A stretch of DNA of 64,000 bases, from the NCBI GenBank assembly GCA_964016885.1, contig OZ024749.1:44268001-44332000 (forward strand). The letters run 5' to 3'. The notes beneath the pieces are model-generated. The model searched no databases. It was not told the origin of the DNA and worked only from the letters and a program-made list of their open reading frames with translations. Origin of the DNA: Eledone cirrhosa. Lineage: Eukaryota. This document shows, in pieces, positions 44,862 through 58,542 of the stretch; position 1 is the first letter of the stretch, and each line of letters starts with the position of its first letter. The position numbers and the translations under genes are program-made.

Positions 44862-45444
44862 TTATTATAGTAATATCTGTGTTGAGACGGCTGCATTTCA
44901 TTTCAAATTTCAAGTTTTCCTAATGCTTCTTAAGTCAGCCGTTGTTTACAGTTCAATTTTATTTGTAAAAGAAGGCCAAAGGTCCCTTCACAGACACGTG
45001 ACCTAGGGCTAAACTAAAGGGGAGAAACTAATACTAAGAGATATGAAAAGAAATAAAACTTTGCAAATAAAACAAGTATATTGGCATCCGACTTTAAATA
45101 TCATCATCATTGTCAACGTGATGAGTGTGAGGATTTGTGTGTGTGTTGTGTGTGTGTTTGTTGTGTGTGTTGTGTGTGTTGTGTGTGTGCATGTGCATGT
45201 GTGTGTTGTGTGTGTTGTGTGTGCGTGTTGTGTGTGTTGTGTGTGTTGTGTGTGTGTGTGTTGTGTGTGTTGTGTGTACGTGTGTGTTGTATATGCATGT
45301 ATATGCATATGTATGTGTGTGATTGTTTGTATGCATGTGTATGCATGTGTATGTGTGTGTTGTGTATACCCCAAGCATGTCCAGACGTCGAGAGCGAAAG
45401 CTAATCAGAGATATGTAATAAGAGACAGTGATAAGCAGATAGAC

Positions 45445-45550
<106 letters not shown>

Positions 45551-45722
45551 AGATAAATAGATAGATGGATAGATACATAGGGAGAGGGGGGTGGAGAAAG
45601 TACACATGGATAGAGAGACAGAGAAATATAGCCAGGTTGGTAGATAGATAAATATAGACACACACACACGTATATATATATATATAAAGAGAGAGAGAGA
45701 GAGAGAGAGAGGGGGAGAGAGA

Positions 45723-45774
<52 letters not shown>

Positions 45775-46028
45775 GAGAAGGGGAAAGAATGGAAGCGAAA
45801 TAAATTTGATGTTTTAAAACCAAATAGCTAAAAGAAATTTCTAAGTATATATATATATGTGTATATTTATATTTTTCTATTTATCTATCTGTCTCTCTCT
45901 CTCTATATATATATTTATATAAACATATAAATATATATATATATTTCTCTCTCTCTCTATATATATACATATATATACATAAATATATATATATATATAC
46001 ACACACATATATACATATATATACACAC

Positions 46029-46085
<57 letters not shown>

Positions 46086-46156
46086 CACACACACACACAC
46101 ACACAGACACATATATATATATACATATATAAATACATATATACACATATATATAC

Positions 46157-46189
<33 letters not shown>

Positions 46190-46636
46190 CAGAGAGAGAG
46201 AGAGAGAGTGTGTTTGAAATGGGAGTGATACTGAGAAGGAAGAAGGAGAAGAGATGGCTAAACAGAGAGAGCGAGAGAGGGGGGGGGGCAGTTAATAAAG
46301 GAAGAAAGAGTTAGATAATGAGAACGGGGAAAATAAAAGAAGAAAAAATAATGACGGTGTAGAAGAACATAGGAATAAACGAACGTCAGAAGGTAAGAAT
46401 GTAGGAATGACTGTTATATAAAACAGCGTGTGTAGGGATGTAGCAATGACATATACATAATACAGATTTATAGAATAGAATAGTGTGTGTGTGTGTGCGT
46501 ATTTACTTGTGTGCGTGTGTGTGCGTGTGTAAATATGTATATCTATGACTAGGTGTAGAGGAACGACAATTAGATAAAACAGATTGAAAGACTGGAATAA
46601 TTTAGGTACGCAGCTGAATGTGTATGTGTGTCTAAG

Positions 46637-46667
<31 letters not shown>

Positions 46668-46712
46668 CTGTGTGTGTACATGTATTTGCGTGTGTAAGTG
46701 TATGTAAATATA

Positions 46713-46753
46713 CAGGGTATCCCCAAAAATATGTATACATTTGTTTGGGACAC
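46713..46753. mobile_element. Degenerate mini Tc1/mariner-type MITE
   Basis: tacagggtatccccaaaaatatgtatacatttgtttgggacac. Confidence 0.6.
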
Positions 46754-46781
46754 ATTATATATATATATATACATGATATTT

Positions 46782-46901
46782 ATGATCTGAGTTCAAATCC
46801 CGCCGAGGTTAACTTTGCCTTTCATCCTTACGGGGTCGATAAAATAAAGTACCAGTAATACACTGGGATAATTGCTGGCCTTGTGCCAAAAGTAGAAACA
46901 A
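46782..46901 (+). mobile_element. SINE S2, 5'-truncated
   Basis: B-box, core and tail. Confidence 0.9.
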
Positions 46902-47030
46902 TTATATATATATATACATGTATATATACATATATATACATATAAATATATACATATATATATACATATATATATATACATATATATATATACGTATATA
47001 TATATATATATATGGAAGAGAGAGGGATGC

Positions 47031-47181
<151 letters not shown>

Positions 47182-47298
47182 ATTATATATATATATATAT
47201 TATATATATTATATATATATATATTGTATATGTATATATATATATGTGTGTGTGTGTATATGTATATATATATGTAACAATATATGTATAAAATTGTA

Positions 47299-47360
<62 letters not shown>

Positions 47361-47386
47361 TCTCTCTCTCCCTCTCACTCTCTCTC

Positions 47387-47435
<49 letters not shown>

Positions 47436-47486
47436 GTGTGTGTATGTGTCTGTAAATATATGTATAAATATATATAAATATATATA

Positions 47487-47537
<51 letters not shown>

Positions 47538-47538
47538 A

Positions 47539-47592
<54 letters not shown>

Positions 47593-48020
47593 CTTGTGTG
47601 AATGAGTGGTGGTAAGTTTGTTGGATTGTCAGGTTTTGCCGAAAGATATCGTTCGGTTTAAGGTTGCCTAACAGTTCTTTGGAAATAGTGGCAGAAATAT
47701 TGAATAGATTAGAGAATAATTGGAGAAATTATCTGCGAGCAAATCATCTAGAAAATCATTATTGAAACATCGTTGAAATGGTGAAAACATTGAATGAGAC
47801 ACAATAAATTGAAACGACATATCAGAAGAGAAGAAAAGGAGCTTAAGAGGAAAGAGGGGGAAGGGGGAGATAAGGAGGGGGAGAGAAAGGGAGAGAGATG
47901 CGTGTATATATATATATATATATATATGAAGTAATTCCGTCGGAAAAGTCCAGGAAAAAAGAGTGCTCTATGTAGGTAACAGAGCTTAATAGTTATGTAA
48001 TAAACAACATAAGGCAATTA

Positions 48021-48081
48021 TTCCATTTACCAGTGGTTTCTTAAAAGCAAAAAAATTTGCTTTCAATCCTCAGAATGAAAA
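48021..48081 (-). ncRNA. Type I hammerhead ribozyme motif (mirror copy)
   Basis: Reverse complement of 48155-48215. Confidence 0.8.
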
Positions 48082-48154
48082 AAATCCTGGTCTGTTTATT
48101 GAATTTGGATTTAAAAAAATTTTAAAATCCATATTCAATAAACAGACCAGGATC

Positions 48155-48215
48155 TTTTCATTCTGAGGATTGAAAGCAAATTTTTTTGCTTTTAAGAAAC
48201 CACTGGTAAATGGAA
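48155..48215 (+). ncRNA. Type I hammerhead ribozyme motif
   Basis: Stem I tttcatt/aatggaa; core CTGAGGA 48163-48169; stem II TTGAAAGCAAA/TTTGCTTTTAA; GAAA; stem III ACC-act-GGT; predicted cut after GUA (48208). Confidence 0.82.
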
Positions 48216-48243
48216 TAATTGCCTTATGTTGTTTATTACATAA

Positions 48244-48300
<57 letters not shown>

Positions 48301-48318
48301 AATATATGTATATATAAA

Positions 48319-48502
48319 ATTGTTTCTACTTTTGACACAAGGCCAGCAATTAACCAGTACATTACTGGTACTTCATTTTATCGACCCCGTAAGGATGAAA
48401 GGCAAAGTTAACCTCGGCGGGATTTGAACTCAGATCATAAAGGGCCGTAACTCTATGCTGCAAAGCATAGCGTCAGACCCTCTACCGATACTACCAATCC
48501 AC
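48319..48502 (-). mobile_element. SINE S2
   Basis: Reverse complement of S2. Confidence 0.9.
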
Positions 48503-48674
48503 ATATATATATATATATATATTATATATGTATTGTATATATATATATGTGTATATGTGTGTGTGTATATATGAATATATATATGTAACAATATATGTAT
48601 ATAAATGTATATATGTATATATATATATATATATATAAATCTCTCTCTCTCCCTCTCACTCAGTCACTCACTCA

Positions 48675-48714
<40 letters not shown>

Positions 48715-49286
48715 AAATGAAGGCTACTAACTTACAATCATATAAGTGGGTAACCTTCATTATTTTTTGGTAACATTGTATATATATATATATCTATATA
48801 TATATATATCAAATGACAAGCCAAACAGAAATATTATTTTATTTATTTATGCCCATATACAGAATAAAATCACTACCTCCATATTATAAGTGGAATCAAA
48901 ATGTTATTTAAGGGTGAAAGCAGCGATTCTTTGCTTAAACGATAACTTGGTAATATATATATATCTGAAGACAGCATATATATGTGTAGGTATGTATATT
49001 CCCTCTGATAGTTTGTAAACATTTTACATAGATCTATATGATATACATACCAACACACACATATATATCCTAGAAACGATCGTAAAATGATGAATTTTTT
49101 AATATAAGGAACTGTTTCTTTGTTTTTATTCATTATTTTTATTAATTTATATATATATATATATATATGTATGTATATATGTGTGCATATATATGTATTT
49201 ATATATATATATGTGTGTGTGTGTGTATATATGTGCATATATATATATGCATATGCATATATATATGCATATATATGTATATATAT

Positions 49287-49319
<33 letters not shown>

Positions 49320-49350
49320 ATGTGTGTGCATATATTTATGGATATATATG

Positions 49351-49407
<57 letters not shown>

Positions 49408-49719
49408 TCACACACACACACCTCTCTCTCTCTCTATATATATATATACACACACACACATATATACATATATATTTATGTATGTATACATGTCTATATA
49501 TATATGTGAGCAATTGTATATATATATATATGTGTGTGTATATACATACACACACTTATATACATATAAAGAACTGTAAATAGTCTGCTTTGTATGTGTG
49601 ACTAAATATTTACTGAAGTGTTCGACGGGTGACCATTTCTGTAAAGGTCAATTGAGAGATAAGATTCTTCACACCTTGTAAAACAACTGGCATGACAAGG
49701 TTTGACTTTACTGGATACC

Positions 49720-49784
<65 letters not shown>

Positions 49785-49816
49785 CAAACATACTTACATG
49801 TATTTATATATATATA

Positions 49817-49897
<81 letters not shown>

Positions 49898-49966
49898 ATA
49901 TATATATAAAAGTTCGCAAAATCTTATTTGTAAATATATATATATATTTATATTTACTAATAAGAA

Positions 49967-49998
<32 letters not shown>

Positions 49999-50070
49999 CT
50001 GTGTGTACGTATGTGTGTGTGTGTATATATATATATGTATATGTATGTATATATGTATAGATATATATTC

Positions 50071-50106
<36 letters not shown>

Positions 50107-50192
50107 GTGGGTGTGTGTCTGTGTGTACATATGTGTGTGTATGTATATATATATATATGTATATGTATATATATATCTATATATATGTATAG

Positions 50193-50242
<50 letters not shown>

Positions 50243-50381
50243 GTGTGTGTGTGTGCCCGTTTTCATAACTAGCCTGTGCGTAGGAGTATGTAGTCGATTG
50301 GGTAACAACAGGAGGTGGTTGGACATAACATTACACCTGTTCTATTGATTGCACAGGTGTGTATGACGTCAAATCATCTGC

Positions 50382-50415
<34 letters not shown>

Positions 50416-50501
50416 CCACATACACACCACATACACAGACACACACACACAGAGAATAGAACGTCGGATAGAATGCGTTGCATTATTAGTTCCAGCATTA
50501 A

Positions 50502-50662
50502 GGGCGGTAGATTGACAGTATCGGTAGAGCGTCGGACACCATGCTTTACAGCATAGAGTTACGCCGCTTTACGGTCTGAGTTCAAATACTGCCGAGGTTA
50601 CCTTTGCCTTTCATCCTTACGGGGTCGATAAAATAAAGTACCAGTCACGCACTGGGGTCGAT
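50502..50662 (+). mobile_element. SINE S2
   Basis: Head, B-box and core. Confidence 0.9.
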
Positions 50663-50734
50663 ATAATAGACTTCCTGATATATATATATATACATATATA
50701 TAGTAATAATAATAAATTTGAAGACTAAAATCCA

Positions 50735-50769
<35 letters not shown>

Positions 50770-50820
50770 TCTGTGTGTGTGTATGTGTGTGTGTGTATGT
50801 GTGTGTGTGTGTGTGTATAC

Positions 50821-51047
50821 TTACATAATAAACAACACAATATAATTATTCCATTACCAAAGATTTCAGGAAACGTTAATTATTTCACCTGATGAAGGAG
50901 CTGGACGTTTCTGTAAGGATCGTCTAGTTTCCTGAAACCTTTGGTAATGGAATAATTATATTGTGTTGTTTATTATATAATTAAATAGCTCTGTACAATA
51001 CATAGAGCACTCTTCATTCCTTTTACCTTTTCTTCGGAAATATTTAA

Positions 51048-51050
<3 letters not shown>
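50821..51050 (+). mobile_element. Family C element: short inverted arm, hammerhead and tail
   Basis: Inverted arm 50821-50874; tail agctctgt...tacatagagcactctt...(TA)n. Confidence 0.85.
50878..50957 (+). ncRNA. Type I hammerhead ribozyme motif
   Basis: Stem I aattatttca(c)/(a)tggaataatt; CTGATGA 50889-50895; ~12-bp stem II AGGAGCTGGACG/CGTCTAGTTTCCT; GAAA; stem III ACC-ttt-GGT; predicted cut after GUA (50946). Confidence 0.85.
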
Positions 51051-51111
<61 letters not shown>

Positions 51112-51132
51112 ATATATATATATATATATATA

Positions 51133-51294
51133 TGGAAAAGAGTCAGGACCCAACGGCTCCGGATCTAACTGTCCAAGCGGCCGGAACGCAGCCGTCGGGG
51201 TCCTGACTCTTTTCCTATTACCCATTCTACTAGCCTAAGTATTGAGTACTCTGGTACTTTCTGGTTTACCTGGTATCTTATCACACCATCTTTG

Positions 51295-51295
<1 letters not shown>
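51133..51295 (+). mobile_element. Family A fold-back element in (TA)n
   Basis: ggaaaagagtcaggaccc...gggtcctgactcttttcc inverted arms plus family tail. Confidence 0.8.
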
Positions 51296-51348
<53 letters not shown>

Positions 51349-52190
51349 GTAGTGTATATGAGATAAAGTAGCCTCACACAGTGATACCATTTTGCGGTGT
51401 TAGTAGGTGAGTCGCCGCAAGATATATTGGTGTATCACTAAGGAAGCTGTTTTGGGGTGGGCCGTATATGTGGAGTACAGTTCAAGCTTGCTTCCTACTC
51501 CTTTGAAAATCGGAGATTATTTACTTACTGTGGGGACAACCTCAATCCCAATGCCCACAAGTAACAAAAAAAAATAAATGAAACAGAAAAAAATAATATA
51601 TATGTAACTACACACGTGGATTGCCAAGATTTGATCTTCTTAAAATATATAGTTGCGTATTCGTAGTAATTAACTAAAATACAAACTAACCAAGTCTAGC
51701 CAGCCTTGTCAAGCGCATCATAAATAAAGTTATAGAGCCTAAACTCATGCTCAGACATGCATATGGATAGAAGAGAAAGCGCTTAAGCTTATGTTTTCAT
51801 GCAGTATTCACATGTACAATAAGGAACTCATTGCTGTTTAGCATCATTGCACAATTAAGATCGAAGCTGTCAAAACTATCACACGTAGCATTCGATTATA
51901 TAGCCATTAATAAATCGCTGCAGACTTTTATCTACAACAAAGAGTATCATGAAATGGTGGACATTATAACAATCAGGGCAGCCATTAAATCTGGCAATCA
52001 TTGCGAGAAAGCCATTGATATAGAGTTTATAAATTGGTATTATTGCGCTAAATTATAACTTTGTACATATGTATATGTATGTGTGTGTGTGTATGTGTGT
52101 ATATATGTATGTATGTGTGTGTGTGTGTATGTGAGTGTGTAGGTGCATATATGAGGTTGTATGATAATTACTATTGAATAGGATCACATC

Positions 52191-52344
<154 letters not shown>

Positions 52345-52349
52345 ATATG

Positions 52350-52401
<52 letters not shown>

Positions 52402-52403
52402 TG

Positions 52404-52450
<47 letters not shown>

Positions 52451-52455
52451 ATATG

Positions 52456-52487
<32 letters not shown>

Positions 52488-52525
52488 TATGTATGTATAT
52501 ATATATGTATGTATATATATACATA

Positions 52526-52625
52526 CAGGGTGTCCCTAAAAATGTATACACACTTCGATTACCTGTACAGGTAATATTTATTAGAATGCTGTTAAAGTGT
52601 GTATACATTTTGGGGGGACACCCTG
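52526..52625. mobile_element. Tc1/mariner-type MITE (~100 bp)
   Basis: TA|CAGGGTGTCCC.AAAAATGTATACACACTT ... AAGTGTGTATACATTTTGGGGGGACACCCTG|TA. Confidence 0.88.
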
Positions 52626-52669
<44 letters not shown>

Positions 52670-53075
52670 TGTCTGAAACTCATTTAATATTTATTAATCA
52701 GAAATCCTTCTATTCAATCAAACATCCATCAATCCATACATACGGAAAACTACATGTATATATACACATGTATATATACACATGTATATATACACAAATA
52801 AAGATACATACATTTATGACCCTGAGTACATTAATATATATATCAATACCATGTATATATACATGTATATATATACATGTATATATATATACATGTATAT
52901 ATACATGTATATATATACATGTATATATATACATGTATATATATATACATATATATACATGTATATATATATATACATGTATATATACATGTATATATAC
53001 ATGTATATATATATATACATGTATATATACATGTATATATACATGTATATATATATACATGTATATATGTATATA

Positions 53076-53243
<168 letters not shown>

Positions 53244-53265
53244 TAGCCGTCCATGGGTCTTGAAT

Positions 53266-53450
53266 TCTTGAGCAAGACACTTCATTTCACGTTGCTCCAG
53301 TATACTCAGCCGGAAATGAGTACCAGCAATATCTGTAGGTTTAAGTCTGCGCTGGACTGGAGTCCTGTCCAGGGAGGAGTGTTGTACTCTCGGTCAATTC
53401 ACACCAGGGGACCGGTATAAGTACCGGCCTTGCGAACCTACCGGCTCAAG
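53266..53450 (+). mobile_element. SINE S3, 5'-truncated
   Basis: cttgagcaagacacttcatttcacgttgctccag plus tggactggagtcctgtccaggg (V-domain-like motif). Confidence 0.75.
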
Positions 53451-53458
53451 ACGTGGGT

Positions 53459-53780
53459 GCACACACGCACACATGCTACTAAGCACACACGCACACATGC
53501 TACTAAGCACAAACGCACACATGCTACTAAGCACACACGCACACATGCTACTAAGCACAAACGCACACAGGCTACTAAGCACACACGCACACATGCTACT
53601 AAGCACAAACGCACACATGCTACTAAGCACACACGCACACATGCTACTAAGCACACACGCACACATGCTACTAAGCACAAACGCACACATGCTACTAAGC
53701 ACACACGCACACATGCTACTAAGCACAAACGCACACATGCTACTAAGCACACACGCACACATGCTACTAAGCACAAGCAC
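53459..53780. repeat. 24-bp minisatellite (gcacacacgcacacatgctactaa), about 13 units
   Basis: Direct; c/a variant units alternate. Confidence 0.95.
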
Positions 53781-53948
53781 ACACACAGGATTCTTGATGC
53801 TCGTTTAATATGTATTCCAATAATCAGCAAGAAAATATATGTCTATATATTTGTGCATGTATGTGCGTATTTTTGTGTATATACGTGTGTGTGCATGTTT
53901 GTATACACACATATATATATATATATATGTATATGTGTGAATATATAA

Positions 53949-53983
<35 letters not shown>

Positions 53984-54023
53984 CGATATTAACAAATGGA
54001 AACTATATTTATAAAACCATATT

Positions 54024-54088
54024 TATTTCATTATACATATTTCAAGGATACCAAGTTAAATTATGGTATGCCTTCATCAGACAAAATA
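54024..54088 (-). ncRNA. Type I hammerhead ribozyme motif (mirror copy)
   Basis: Reverse complement of 54212-54276. Confidence 0.75.
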
Positions 54089-54211
54089 CAATATATACCA
54101 GTTTTATAAATAAACATTGACGTACCCTTTCAAAATGCGATGTCATCCAAAAGTAACGGTCGCATTTTGAAAGGGTACGTCAATGTTTATTTATAAAACT
54201 AGTATATATTG

Positions 54212-54276
54212 TATTTTGTCTGATGAAGGCATACCATAATTTAACTTGGTATCCTTGAAATATGTATAATGAAATA
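54212..54276 (+). ncRNA. Type I hammerhead ribozyme motif with minimal stem III
   Basis: Stem I tattttgt/atgaaata (two G-U); CTGATGA 54220-54226; stem II AGG-c-ATACCA/TGGTATCCT; GAAA; AT-atgt-AT; predicted cut after AUA (54268). Confidence 0.78.
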
Positions 54277-54403
54277 AATATGGTTTTATAAATATAGTTT
54301 CCATTTGTTAATATCGTATATCTACTCCAAATACTTGTCGAGTGCTTTATATCAGTTATAAAAATATTTGCTTGTTGTATCCCAACAATTTAAATAGAAC
54401 TTT

Positions 54404-54470
<67 letters not shown>

Positions 54471-54476
54471 GTGTGA

Positions 54477-54515
<39 letters not shown>

Positions 54516-54518
<3 letters not shown>

Positions 54519-54686
54519 TATCCCGGTTTCAATCGGGGATACTCAATACAAAGCAGAGTATAAACATTTAATATAGAAAAGGCTTCTACAGGACTACAAC
54601 TATTTCATTCGGGAAAATTATCAAGAAGACCTGATGATTTCTCCCGAATGAAACAGTTGTAGTCCTGTAGAAGCCTTTTATATTTT
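54516..54686. mobile_element. Family B fold-back element
   Basis: Inverted tail plus aaaaggcttctacaggactacaac / gttgtagtcctgtagaagcctttt. Confidence 0.85.
54628..54664 (+). ncRNA. Minimal type I hammerhead motif (family B)
   Basis: gac-CTGATGA-tTTC-tccc-GAAt-GAAAC-agtt-GTA-gtc; stem I only 3 bp remains; predicted cut after GUA (54661). Confidence 0.6.
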
Positions 54687-54694
54687 ATATATTA

Positions 54695-54766
<72 letters not shown>

Positions 54767-54848
54767 ATGTCTGAATATATATGTATGTGTGTATATATAT
54801 ATATATATATCTGAATCATATATATATATGTATACACACACACATTCA

Positions 54849-54939
<91 letters not shown>

Positions 54940-55088
54940 GGACCACCTGGCTCCCAATCTATCTATTCGCCACTTGTAACTTTAACGCATTTTAATTGTA
55001 GTTTGACAACTTTTTCCTGAGTGAATTCTATTACTCTGTATAACTGTGGCTTCATCACTCGGTAAGTTGTGTGTGTGTGTGTGTGAGT

Positions 55089-55226
<138 letters not shown>

Positions 55227-55331
55227 ATGTGTGTGTTTGTGTGTGTACAATGGGTATCTTCTAGTGCATATATATTTTAGTTTTTCACTTAAACATCTTT
55301 AAAATATATACTCAAACACGCGCACCTGTTA

Positions 55332-55369
<38 letters not shown>

Positions 55370-55392
55370 TATATATATATATATACATATAT

Positions 55393-55478
55393 ATATAAAA
55401 TATAAAAGGCTTCTACAGGACTACAACTGTTTCATTCGGGAGAAATCATCAGGTCTTTTTGATAATTTTCCCGAATGA
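55393..55478 (-). repeat. Inverted duplicate of 54601-54690 including the family B hammerhead motif
   Basis: Near-identical reverse complement including the fold-back junction. Confidence 0.88.
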
Positions 55479-55569
55479 GAAGAAAGAATACTGCGTGGTT
55501 GCACATGGGTTACATATGATAAAGATAGTCCTTCATCAGTGATTTTCCAACCTTCATTGGTATTTCATC

Positions 55570-55616
<47 letters not shown>

Positions 55617-55761
55617 ATAATAATAAATTTGAACACTAAAATCGAAAGAGGGCTCGATAAGGATAAATATATATCAAATATATAAGAACCGTAGAGCAAA
55701 TAGAGAAGATCCCGTTAAGGGTGAAAGCAGCGATTCTTTGCTTAAACTTTAATCTGTTATT

Positions 55762-55822
<61 letters not shown>

Positions 55823-55852
55823 CGGAGCTCAGCCGTCGGGGTCCTACTCGTT

Positions 55853-55883
<31 letters not shown>

Positions 55884-55887
<4 letters not shown>

Positions 55888-56071
55888 GTAATCTGAGTTT
55901 TTCGAATATTAATGATATTCGATTCTTTTGCAATTATGCAAACAACCTCTTTTTAAAGCCATGTGAAGGCATGTAAACAGAACTGCAGACACTAATGTTT
56001 CTGGGTATTACCCTTCATCAGTACAGTTCGCTGTTCACCTATATATTCGTTGGTTAAACTTTAATCTGTTA

Positions 56072-56075
<4 letters not shown>
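55884..56075 (-). mobile_element. Family F hammerhead-bearing element in (TA)n
   Basis: Unique island with an internal hammerhead; both ends on (TA)n. Confidence 0.75.
55980..56029 (-). ncRNA. Type I hammerhead ribozyme motif
   Basis: Minus: gaactgta-CTGATGA-aGGG-taata-CCCa-GAAAC-attagt-GTC-tgcagttc; 8-bp stem I, quasi-palindromic stem III, GUC site. Confidence 0.87.
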
Positions 56076-56131
<56 letters not shown>

Positions 56132-56133
<2 letters not shown>

Positions 56134-56295
56134 GTTCAAGGAGACAACAAACAGAGGTACAAAAAGTTTTAATAGTTTCACGCTTTATATTGGAGCGAGG
56201 AAAGAAAGTTTGACGTGTCGGGCTTAAGCCCTTCTTCAAGGATACAAAATGACAGGATCACAACAGAGAAACAGAAAAAAGGTCCAGTAAAGACA
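56132..56295 (-). mobile_element. Element with degenerate minimal hammerhead (family G)
   Basis: Minus: TTGAAGA-aGGGC-ttaa-GCCC-GACAC-GTC; two substitutions from CTGAAGA...GAAACGTC. Confidence 0.5.
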
Positions 56296-57049
56296 CAGAC
56301 ACACACACACACACACACACACACCCCAAATGAAGAGGATATATGTATAGATATAGTTAGTCAAATAAATAGATTCAATTAACAGTGGCACTAACGTATT
56401 TGATAGATGTGTATATGAAACCGTAAATACGATAGGTTAATATAAAACAAACATACACGAGTCTCGCTATGTATATTCTAAGCTGTGATCATGTCACAAC
56501 AATTCCAGAAGTCGTGTGAAAACATCATACACGTATTTCTGAATTATTCTCCGTAATCGGTAGAGCGACAGGAATAAGCTATAACTTATATGCGAGATTC
56601 TTGTATGTTTATTCTACATAAACATATTGCATATATGCCTTTATACACACACCTCTATATATACATGTAATTATACAACATGCAACAAATATGTGTGTAT
56701 GGGTGTCTCTGTGGAAGAGGGAGAAGTGATTGGGGTGCATGTGTGTGTGTGTGTGTGTGTATCTGTATGTGTGTCTGTGTGTGTGTCTGTAGGTCGGAGA
56801 AATAATGGAAATGGTCTATGTGTGTGTATGTGTGTGTGTAAGAGGGAGAAGTGATAAAGAGGGGGTATGTGCGTGTGTGTAAGAAGTGATAGGTGTGTGT
56901 GTATAAGAGCGAGTACCTATGGGTGTGCGTGGGTGTGTGGGTGTGTGTGTGTATGTAAGAGGGAAAAGTGGAGAGGGATAATGTATGTATGTATGTAAGT
57001 ATGTATGTATGTATGTGTGTAGTTATGTATGTATGTGTGTAGTTATGTA

Positions 57050-58160
57050 AGTATGAATGTGTGTGTGTGTTTATGTAAGTATGTAAGTATGTATGTGTGT
57101 ATTTATGTAAGTATGTAAGTATGTATGTATATATTTATGTAAGTATGTATGTGTGTATTTATGTAAGTATGTATATATTTATGTAAGTATGTATGTATGT
57201 GTGTATTTATGTAAGTATGTATGTGTGTAGTTATGTAAGTATGAATGTATTTATGTAAGTATGTATGTATGTGTGTATTTATGTAAGTATGTATATATTT
57301 ATGTAAGTATGTATGTATGTGTGTATTTATGTAAGTTTGTATGTATGTATTTATGTAAGTATGTATGTATTTATGTAAGTACGTATGTATGTATGTATTT
57401 ATGTAAGTATGTATGAGTTTATGTAAGTATGTATGTGTGTATGTATTTATGTAAGTATGTATGTATGTGTTTATGTAAGTATGTATGTGTGTATGTATTT
57501 ATGTAAGTATGTATGTATGTATTTATGTAAGTATGTATGTATGTATTTATGTAAGTATGTATGTATTTATGTAAGTATGTATGTATTTATGTAAGTATGT
57601 ATGTGTGTATGTATTTATGTAAGTATGTATGTATTTATGTAAGTATGTATGTATGTATTTATGTAAGTATGTATGTATTTATGTAAGTATGTATGTATTT
57701 ATGTAAGTATGTATGTATGTATTTATGTAAGTATGTATGTGTGTATGTATTTATGTAAGTATGTATGTATGTATTTATGTAAGTATGTATGTGTGTATGT
57801 ATTTATGTAAGTATGTATGTATGTATTTATGTAAGTATGTATGTGTGTATGTATTTATGTAAGTATGTATGTATGTATTTATGTAAGTGTGTATGTATGT
57901 ATTTATGTAAGTATGTATGTGTGTATGTATTTATGTAAGTATGTATGTATTTGTGTAAGTATGTATGTGTGTGTTTATGTAAGTATGTATGTGTGTATGT
58001 ATTTATGTAAGTATGTATGTATTTGTGTATTTATGTAAGTATGTATATATTTATGTAAGTATGTATGTGTGTGTTTATGTAAGTATGTATGTGTTCATTT
58101 ATGTAAGTATGTATGTGTGTGTTTATGTAAGTATGCATGTGTGTATTTATGTAAGTAAGT
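57050..58160. repeat. Irregular satellite built on TATTTATGTAAGTATG plus variable (TATG/TG)n
   Basis: Direct. Confidence 0.95.
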
Positions 58161-58461
58161 ATGTATGTGTGTATGTATGTAAGTTTGAATGTATGTGTGT
58201 ATGTATGTAGATATGTGTGTAAAAGGGAGAAGTGATTTAGAGGGGCATGTGTGTGATGTGTGTGATGTGTGTGTGCGCGCGTGTGTGTGGATGAGTGTGT
58301 AAAGGGAGAGAGAAGGGGGAATGGGTGGAGTTGTAAAGGAGAAGTGGGAGAGATTGCCGAAAAATAGAGGAAAGAGTGAACGAAGAAAATTCGAAACGGA
58401 GAGAGTGAAAGACGGACACACACACACACACAGTTACACTCACGGACACACACACATACAG

Positions 58462-58497
<36 letters not shown>

Positions 58498-58505
58498 ACA
58501 CTCAT

Positions 58506-58542
<37 letters not shown>

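Larger units (their letters stand above)
47927..48245. mobile_element. Family C fold-back element carrying two opposed hammerhead motifs
   Basis: ~125-bp inverted arms 47991-48245; minus-strand tail to 47927 shared with 50980-51050. Confidence 0.88.
53981..54407 (+). mobile_element. Family E fold-back element: ~160-bp near-perfect arms plus ~87-nt tail, in (TA)n
   Basis: Arms 53981-54140 and 54160-54320 (one mismatch seen), 19-nt loop. Confidence 0.9.

Noticed and set aside
51831-52058. 75-aa ORF
   Set aside because: Non-ATG start, no recognisable homology, length expected by chance.
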